Shown here: in pieces, positions 55,031 through 61,118 of the stretch
Numbering within the stretch: the first letter of the stretch is position 1
Layout of the letters: each line of letters starts with the position of its first letter
From: a virus
Lineage: Duplodnaviria > Caudoviricetes
Strand: one strand, 5' to 3'
DNA: 61,118 nt
Virus record (IMG/VR): IMGVR_UViG_3300045141_000235
Location: 1 to 61,118 of that record
Notes under the pieces: model-generated
Databases searched by the model: none
What the model was told of the DNA's origin: nothing
The model's input: only the letters and a program-made list of their open reading frames with translations
Made by a program: the position numbers and the translations under genes

Positions 55031-57007
55031 ATGAGTTTCAATAGAACAATTGTCGGTGATTGCCTAAAAATACTGCCGACTTTGGACACTGGCAGCGTTC
55101 AATGTTGTGTTACGAGTCCTCCGTACTGGGGTTTAAGGAATTACGGAGTTTCTGGTCAGTTGGGGCTGGAAAGCACTCCCGAGGAGTACGTCGAGAAGAT
55201 AGTCACCGTGTTCCGCGAGGTGCGGCGCGTACTGCGTGACGACGGAACATTGTGGCTTAATTTGGGGGATTCGTACTCCCGTGGAGAACGAGTCAACAAT
55301 CCTAACGACCACAAACGCGGGACTGGGTTTCACGAAGAAATTACGGAAGCTGGCGGATATGCTCAGGCAGGAAAAGCGACCGGATTAGAGTCAAAGCAGT
55401 TAATCGGCGTCCCGTGGCGGGTGGCGTTTGCTCTGCAAGCCGACGGCTGGCATTTGCGCCAGGACATCATTTGGTGCCTCTCTGGTGGCGCTGCGGTGTA
55501 CGCGCGCACGCAGAAGGGCGATATGCCTATCATGGTTAAAGACCTTGTACGCCTTCGCCCGGATACCGTGCAACTCTGGAACGGCACGAAGTGGACACAA
55601 GCGCTTGGGTGGTCGCGCTCGGCCGATACCGACGGCGCGATTGAACTGGAACTTCGCAGCGGAGAGCGCGTCGGTTGTACGCGAGGGCATCAATGGCCAA
55701 CGAAGCGCGGGTTGTTGCGCGCAGATGAATTACAAGCCGGCGACGTGATCGACACAACACGCTTGCCTGCCCCGGATACACCGGCTGAACCAGACGCGCT
55801 CGGACTGGATGTGGCATGGCTCTGCGGCCTATACCTTGCCGAAGGTTCAATGAGCGGAGATACGGTGCAGATTGCCGGGCACGCGAACGAAACAGGAACA
55901 CGGCTTGAGAAAATAGAGCGCGTAGCTGCGTCTTTTCACGGCAGCGTTAATGCTTACGTCAGCGCGAACGGAAACGGCGCGACGATCAACATGGAAGGCC
56001 CAATCATAGCCGCTGTTATTCGTGCCTACGTCCACGGCGACAACGCGCACAACAAGGGATTGAAGGTGCGCGTATGGCAGCGCAGCGATGTGTGGCTGAG
56101 GGCATTTTTGGAAGGATACCTTGCCGGGGATGGGCACCATGACGTTGCGAATGATCGCTGGCGCCTTGGATTTTGCCGTAACGACCGGCTTGCCGATGAC
56201 TTCAGAACGCTCGCGGCCCGCATGGGTCTACCGATACGCCTTGCGGCAGTCACAGTAACAGGGTTTGGTCGGGAGTGGCCGGCGTATCGCGGAGACATCC
56301 GCTTGCTGGCATCAACGCACCATAATGCGCGCGACGCCGGCGAGATTGTCACTATCCGCGCGAGTCGTGCGCGACAGTTTTGGGATATTGGAGTGGCCGA
56401 CGATCCGCACACGTTCGCGCTCGCATCAGGTGTGCTTACGCACAATTCGAAGCCGAACCCGATGCCAGAGTCGGTCAAAGACCGTTGCACGAAATCGCAC
56501 GAGTACATTTTCTTGTTGACAAAGTCTGAGCGTTATTACTTCGATCAGGAGTCCATTAGCGAGAAGTGCAGTCCGAACACGCACGCACGTCTCTCTCAGG
56601 ATGTTCAAAATCAGGTTGGCAGCACCAGAGTTCCCGGCAAAACAAACGGCAATATGAAGGCTGTCGGACGTAAATTTGACCCCGGCGCGAACAATAAAAA
56701 CAATCCGAGCTTTGACACAGCAATGGCTATCATGCCGGAAACTCGCAATAAGCGCTCGGTCTGGACCGTCACAACGCAGGGATTCGATGGAGCGCATTTT
56801 GCGACGTTTCCGCCTGCACTGATCGAGCCTTGCATCTTAGGCGGCAGCAAAGTCGGTGACGTGGTACTAGATCCGTTCGCAGGCAGCGGTACGACCGGCA
56901 GTGTGGCCGAAGCGCTCGGCCGGCAATGGCTGCTGATCGAGTTGAACGAAGAATACGCCAAACTGTGCGCCGACCGAACACGGCAAATGGGCATAGTGAT
57001 GGCCTGA
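55031..57007 (+). CDS. Beta-class N4/N6 DNA methyltransferase interrupted by an intein
   Basis: VTSPPYWGLR (motif IV), HFATFP, VLDPFAGSGTT (motif I). Confidence 0.92.
   Translation: MSFNRTIVGDCLKILPTLDTGSVQCCVTSPPYWGLRNYGVSGQLGLESTPEEYVEKIVTVFREVRRVLRDDGTLWLNLGDSYSRGERVNNPNDHKRGTGFHEEITEAGGYAQAGKATGLESKQLIGVPWRVAFALQADGWHLRQDIIWCLSGGAAVYARTQKGDMPIMVKDLVRLRPDTVQLWNGTKWTQALGWSRSADTDGAIELELRSGERVGCTRGHQWPTKRGLLRADELQAGDVIDTTRLPAPDTPAEPDALGLDVAWLCGLYLAEGSMSGDTVQIAGHANETGTRLEKIERVAASFHGSVNAYVSANGNGATINMEGPIIAAVIRAYVHGDNAHNKGLKVRVWQRSDVWLRAFLEGYLAGDGHHDVANDRWRLGFCRNDRLADDFRTLAARMGLPIRLAAVTVTGFGREWPAYRGDIRLLASTHHNARDAGEIVTIRASRARQFWDIGVADDPHTFALASGVLTHNSKPNPMPESVKDRCTKSHEYIFLLTKSERYYFDQESISEKCSPNTHARLSQDVQNQVGSTRVPGKTNGNMKAVGRKFDPGANNKNNPSFDTAMAIMPETRNKRSVWTVTTQGFDGAHFATFPPALIEPCILGGSKVGDVVLDPFAGSGTTGSVAEALGRQWLLIELNEEYAKLCADRTRQMGIVMA
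55475..56446 (+). mobile_element. Intein (324 aa) with LAGLIDADG homing endonuclease
   Basis: QDIIW|CLSGG ... LASGVLTHN|SKPNP; T.GH.W block B; WLCGLYLAEGS and FLEGYLAGDG motifs. Confidence 0.92.
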
Positions 57008-57112
57008 GTATTGACGTAGGACTAATACGCCCGCAGCCGCAAGGCTTCCGGCAAACGTGGTGGACGGCGGCAACGCTCTCCATCGAATAGACCCGCTCTG
57101 GCGGGTTTTTGC
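57008..57112 (+). ncRNA. Structured leader upstream of scaffold
   Basis: Two GCAA tetraloop hairpins (agcc-gcaa-ggct; gcg-gcaa-cgc), then acccgc-tctg-gcgggt + T run. Confidence 0.45.
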
Positions 57113-57131
57113 ATTTTGAAGGGGTATCACA

Positions 57132-58202
57132 GTGGCAGAACAGACCGCAGTAGCGAACGAGCAACCCAGCCCAGCGCCGCAAACCGACGCGGGCGACATC
57201 GAGCCAACCCAGGAGGCAGCGGATGCTGATCTCGCAGCCGGGTTCGCCAAGGTGCATTCTTTGAAAGAAGGGTCCCCCGAGGCGCAACCCCCAGCCGAGA
57301 CACCGCAACCCGCAGCCGACGAGGCCGCAGCGAAGAAGACGGCTGATGAGGCCGCGGCAAAAGCAGCACAAGCCGCAGCGCCATCAGCCGAGACGCAGCG
57401 CGCACAGTACGACGCCGCCCTAAAAACGCACGTCGACACCGAGGTTCGCAAGGTCTACAGCAAGATTGGGGAATTGAATCGCACCATCCAGGAGTTAACG
57501 AAGAATCTGGCCGCAGGCAAAAACGCCTCCCGCAAGATCACTTCCGAAGCCCTGGCACGAGTCAACGCCGAGCTACCCGGTCTCGGGGATGCTCTGGCGC
57601 TCGATCTGGATGCGATCCTGAATTCACCGGTGGCCGCAGCACAGGTGCAGGAAGCCCGCGCCGAAGCCGAAGCCAAAGGGGTGCCATTCGACCCCGAAAA
57701 GTACTACGCCGAGAAAGTGGCTCCCGCCCTCCAAGCAGTCGAGGCCCGAAGCCAGGCGGCTCTACCAGCAATGCTAGATGAGGCGCGTCAGAAAGCGCGC
57801 CTGGACATAGTGCATGACGGCTGGGAGGACACGGTAAAGCTGCCGGAGTTCACCGCCTTCGCCTACGTCAACGGACCAACCCCAGAGGAACGCGCGCATC
57901 TCGCGCAGCTCGAAGCGACCGACCCGCAAGCCGCGGAACGGCAACTGGCTGCCCACATGCGCAAGTACCCTCAATGGTGGGCCGACACCGGCAACCTGGT
58001 CATGAGCGAGAAGGCATCCGACGCCATCCGGCTACTGGACGCCTTCAAGGCGCGAAAAACGCCTGCAGCACGACAAAGCACAACGTCCCGGCTCGAACGC
58101 GCAATCGCCCCCAAGGGCGGTGGTGCGACCCCCGCGCCGGCCATCAATGATGAGGAAGCGGACTTGGCAGCCGGGTTTCAGAAGGTCGCCAGGAAACGCT
58201 GA
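57132..58202 (+). CDS. Capsid scaffolding protein
   Basis: Acidic Ala/Pro-rich helical protein directly upstream of the capsid gene; H.GW...V...EF motif. Confidence 0.75.
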   Translation: MAEQTAVANEQPSPAPQTDAGDIEPTQEAADADLAAGFAKVHSLKEGSPEAQPPAETPQPAADEAAAKKTADEAAAKAAQAAAPSAETQRAQYDAALKTHVDTEVRKVYSKIGELNRTIQELTKNLAAGKNASRKITSEALARVNAELPGLGDALALDLDAILNSPVAAAQVQEARAEAEAKGVPFDPEKYYAEKVAPALQAVEARSQAALPAMLDEARQKARLDIVHDGWEDTVKLPEFTAFAYVNGPTPEERAHLAQLEATDPQAAERQLAAHMRKYPQWWADTGNLVMSEKASDAIRLLDAFKARKTPAARQSTTSRLERAIAPKGGGATPAPAINDEEADLAAGFQKVARKR

Positions 58203-58219
58203 CATTCAGGAGTTAAATC

Positions 58220-59266
58220 ATGCCTTCCAACATCCAAACCTACAGCACCGCTGCAGGACGGATCAACATCGTCAAGGGTGAAATCCTGGCGCATGCGATT
58301 CCGATCGAGGTGCTATCCCTGGGCTGCTCCATGAAGCCCTTTCCGAAGAACCAGGGCGACAACGTGATCTATCGCCGCTGGCTGCCGTTTGGCGCAACCA
58401 CGCTAAACGCGAATACCATCAACCGCTGGGTGGTCTCAGCCGCGGCCCACATCACGACCGAAGGGGTAACGCCAGCGGCCGATACGATGGTGCCCCAGGA
58501 CGTTGCTGTGACGCTGCAGCAGTATGCCTGCCTCTACAGCTACACCGATAAAACGGCGGACCTGTACGAGGACGACATCCCCGAGGAAATGAAAACACAG
58601 ACCGGGGAGCGAATGGGGCTCGTGCGCGAAATGATCCGCTACGGCGCCATGCGTGCGATAACCAACGCGTTCTATTCGGGCGGCACCACACGGGCAACCG
58701 TGGCCGGGGTTCTCACGCTGAACCTGCTGCGCAAGGTCGCGCAGACGCTCCTCGCGAACCACGGCAAGATGAAGAACAAGGTGCTGGCTGCCGGCCCCGC
58801 GTTCGACACCTCCGCAGTCGAGGCGGGGTTCCTCGTGTTCTCCCACACCGATCTCGAGCCCGACATCCGGGATTTGCCGGGGTTTGTCCCAACCGCCAAG
58901 TACGCGCAACGCTCGGTTTTGAACGAGTACGAGCTTGGCACCTGCGAGCGCTTCCGCTTTATCACCTCACCGGAGTTGAACCCCTACCCGGATGCTGGCG
59001 CGGCGGTGGCCTCCACGTCGCTTTTCAGCACCACGGGCACGCTGGCGGACGTCTACCCTGTGATCGTATGTGGGGCGGACGGCGTATTCGATATCGCGCT
59101 TCGCGGATCGAGGAGCTTCAACCTGTCGGTCATCCCGCACACCCAGAAAGACAAGTCCGACATCCTGGGGCAGCGCGGATACGTGGGAGCCTCCTTCTGG
59201 TCAGCGGTACTCGTGACCAACCCCGGCTGGGTCAGCGTGGTGGAAGTCGCCCGCACCGCGCTGTAA
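58220..59266 (+). CDS. Major capsid protein (N4-gp56 family)
   Basis: P.N.G...YRR, TEGVTP, LQQY, HTDLEPDIRDLPGF....Y, ELG..E.FRFI.SP, D.LGQRGYVG. Confidence 0.9.
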   Translation: MPSNIQTYSTAAGRINIVKGEILAHAIPIEVLSLGCSMKPFPKNQGDNVIYRRWLPFGATTLNANTINRWVVSAAAHITTEGVTPAADTMVPQDVAVTLQQYACLYSYTDKTADLYEDDIPEEMKTQTGERMGLVREMIRYGAMRAITNAFYSGGTTRATVAGVLTLNLLRKVAQTLLANHGKMKNKVLAAGPAFDTSAVEAGFLVFSHTDLEPDIRDLPGFVPTAKYAQRSVLNEYELGTCERFRFITSPELNPYPDAGAAVASTSLFSTTGTLADVYPVIVCGADGVFDIALRGSRSFNLSVIPHTQKDKSDILGQRGYVGASFWSAVLVTNPGWVSVVEVARTAL

Positions 59267-59307
59267 TCCTTTCAATGACTTCGCCATAAAAGTAAAAGGA
59301 GATTCAA

Positions 59308-59535
59308 ATGGCAGAATCAATCGCAAGACGTGTCGGCGGTATGAAGATTGGCAAGATGTCGCAGAAAGAGCTTTTGAAAATTCTGCTGTCGCTTCAGTCT
59401 GATCTTGCGAACTTCAGAACTACGGCTAACGCCATCGTTCTGGATCTTCGCGCGCTCGCCAACAACACGGGCTCCGCCAACAACACGGTCCAGATCACCG
59501 CAGCGAACGTAGCCGCGATGAATACGACCGTATAG
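59308..59535 (+). CDS. Small putative capsid decoration protein with three N-X-T sequons
   Basis: RBS aaggag; C-terminus ANNTGSANNTVQITAANVAAMNTTV. Confidence 0.6.
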   Translation: MAESIARRVGGMKIGKMSQKELLKILLSLQSDLANFRTTANAIVLDLRALANNTGSANNTVQITAANVAAMNTTV

Positions 59536-59582
59536 CGTCGTAGCAAACCTGGCAATTTCAATTACTCATCAAGGAGAAAGAT

Positions 59583-60050
59583 ATGGAAGCTAACAGAGTA
59601 GGTGATCATGGTGGAAACGTCACCATGTCGCGGGCGGGCCTGGCGCTGGGTGCCACCGCCGGCACGGTGAATATCGCCAGCAATGTGCAGTTCTGCATTG
59701 ATGGCATATTCGCCACGGTCAACGCGGTCAACAACGCGGCTTTCAGCAACAATCACCTGTCGCTCGCTGCCGGCTGCGCGTGCCTGTTCGGCGTGTGGGT
59801 GACGGCCGCAGGCGTGGTGAGCACAACGCAGGGCAAGGTCGTGGATACGGCAAGCCTCGCCACGGCAGGGGGCAGCAAGGTGCTCCAGATGCCGGATGTG
59901 GTGGCGAACTCGGCACTGCTCGGTCTCATCAAGGTCGTAACTGCGGGCACGGCGGTATTCGTTCCGGGCACCACCAACCTGAACGCGACGAATGTCACGG
60001 CCACGTACTACGACACGACCGACATGCCAACCAAGCCGTTTCTGATCTGA
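59583..60050 (+). CDS. Putative capsid decoration / minor head protein
   Basis: RBS aaggag; beta-rich, FVPGTT.L motif; sequons NVT, NAT, NVT. Confidence 0.65.
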   Translation: MEANRVGDHGGNVTMSRAGLALGATAGTVNIASNVQFCIDGIFATVNAVNNAAFSNNHLSLAAGCACLFGVWVTAAGVVSTTQGKVVDTASLATAGGSKVLQMPDVVANSALLGLIKVVTAGTAVFVPGTTNLNATNVTATYYDTTDMPTKPFLI

Positions 60051-60076
60051 CGAGCGCCGCACTGGCGGTAATCCTG

Positions 60077-60103
60077 GCGCCCCTTAATCGGGGCGCTTTT
60101 TTT
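60077..60103 (+). terminator. Rho-independent terminator after the head genes
   Basis: gcgcccc-ttaatc-ggggcgc followed by T7. Confidence 0.8.
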
Positions 60104-60113
60104 GGAGGTTCCA

Positions 60114-60389
60114 ATGAGCAAGCAATCCGTACTCGCAGCAAAGCGTGTCGCCCAGGAGGCGTTGAAGGTGAAAGCAGCCGCAGCTATTGCCCTGGCCGCT
60201 AAAAACGAGCAGGAGCGTAAAGACGCGCTTGTGGAAGCCGAAGCGCACGCGGTTCTGGTCGCGCAGTTGGCCGAGGAGGTCGAGCGCGCCCATAAATTCG
60301 AGATCGCCGAGGGCGAGCGCCTGGCGAAAGAGGCCGGCATTGAAGCTGCGAGTTTTTGGGAGCGCTTCAAGAAGGCCGTGAGCTGGTGA
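60114..60389 (+). CDS. Hypothetical coiled-coil protein
   Basis: RBS ggagg; Ala/Glu/Lys-rich. Confidence 0.55.
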   Translation: MSKQSVLAAKRVAQEALKVKAAAAIALAAKNEQERKDALVEAEAHAVLVAQLAEEVERAHKFEIAEGERLAKEAGIEAASFWERFKKAVSW

Positions 60390-60414
60390 TCGACATTTTC
60401 CTGGAGGGCAACAC

Positions 60415-60900
60415 ATGACCAGAAGCAACGCAGCAAAAAAGCAGCAAACCGACGCAGCAGCCGAAACCATCGGACAGGATCGGCCGCGCGCCCAGAAGTC
60501 AACCGGACCGGCAAGAGAGTCCCTTGAGCCAGCGCATATCGAGGCCGTCGATCGGCCGGTAGACAAGGATTGGGCCGACCAAATGAAGTTCAACGAGGAG
60601 CCGGTGAAGATCGTGGTCCACGATTCAACCGAGAAGAACGCCGAGCGCGTGGTGGAAGTGTGGAATAACGGCATCTCGCAGCGCTTTATCCGCGGCCAGG
60701 AGCAGGTGGTGAAGCGAAAGTTCATGGAAGTGCTGGCGCGAGCCAAGATCACGTCCTACACGCAGGAGAAGGTGCGAGACGAGGACGGCAACGAGAGTTA
60801 CCGCAACATCCCGCATACGGCGCTGCGCTATCCGTTTAGCGTGATCGAGGATCTGAACCCTCGCGGGCGCGAATGGTTGCGCACGGTCCTGGAATCGTAG
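60415..60900 (+). CDS. Conserved phage head-module protein
   Basis: F.EEPV.I...V.NNG....RG....VKRKF.EVLARAK...YPFSVIED.NPRG.EWL. Confidence 0.7.
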   Translation: MTRSNAAKKQQTDAAAETIGQDRPRAQKSTGPARESLEPAHIEAVDRPVDKDWADQMKFNEEPVKIVVHDSTEKNAERVVEVWNNGISQRFIRGQEQVVKRKFMEVLARAKITSYTQEKVRDEDGNESYRNIPHTALRYPFSVIEDLNPRGREWLRTVLES

Positions 60901-60907
60901 GCAACCC

Positions 60908-61118
60908 GTGGAATCGGCCACCACCGCAACCATCGCCAACGTTGATCTGGAAGGCTTGGAGCGTGCAATCTATCTGAGAGCGCACGCCGAGCGCATCCCG
61001 GAGAACGACGTGGCCTTAAAGGCGCTTTGCATGGCACTCCAGAGCATCAGCGCCGGCGCCGGCTTTGGGGGGTATCCGGGGGCCACTACCGCCCTCTGGA
61101 CGCGGCTGGCGGCGGCAA
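60908..61118 (+). CDS. N-terminal part of the HMW1C/NGT glycosyltransferase (continues at the window start)
   Basis: GTG GAA TCG... reads VESATTATIANVDLEGLERAIYLRAHAERIPENDVALKAL, in frame with 19..1710. Confidence 0.8.
   Translation, partial: MESATTATIANVDLEGLERAIYLRAHAERIPENDVALKALCMALQSISAGAGFGGYPGATTALWTRLAAA
60992..61118. repeat. Terminal direct repeat, copy 2 (circular assembly overlap)
   Basis: Identical to 1..127. Confidence 0.97.

Noticed and set aside
60992-61118. 127-bp end repeat as a biological terminal repeat or att site
   Set aside because: It falls mid-gene and its length matches a common assembler k-mer; best read as circular overlap.

Overview
This window is a complete, circularly assembled genome of a tailed dsDNA phage, about 60,991 bp once the 127-bp end overlap (1..127 = 60992..61118) is removed. 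It is probably podovirus-like: N4-gp56-type major capsid, adaptor/nozzle, ejection proteins and a 3,993-aa PLxRFG polyvalent protein. Early/replication genes diverge from back-to-back promoters at about 35.0 kb. A Q-like antiterminator and a pR'-like promoter (about 41.7 kb) precede one long late operon that wraps through the origin. No integrase or CI-type repressor was recognised. Top candidates for new biology: (1) a phage protein N-glycosylation system, with an HMW1C/NGT-family glycosyltransferase inside the head-tail module, a VioA/VioB-like amino-sugar aminotransferase/acyltransferase pair at the start of the late operon, and N-X-T-rich small proteins next to the capsid gene; (2) a TnpA-less TnpB whose predicted guide is the 5' end of a virion gene, while the element supplies a recoded, guide-mismatched replacement start, suggesting RNA-guided homing or inter-phage competition; (3) short peptide motifs (GLINxA; DLAxG[FY]xK) shared among ejection, scaffold and tiny pre-portal proteins, possibly capsid-targeting signals. 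Also present: an intein-containing DNA methyltransferase, a truncated second replication initiator with its own iterons, two tRNAs and several structured non-coding RNA candidates. All family calls come from manual motif recognition; no database searches were run.
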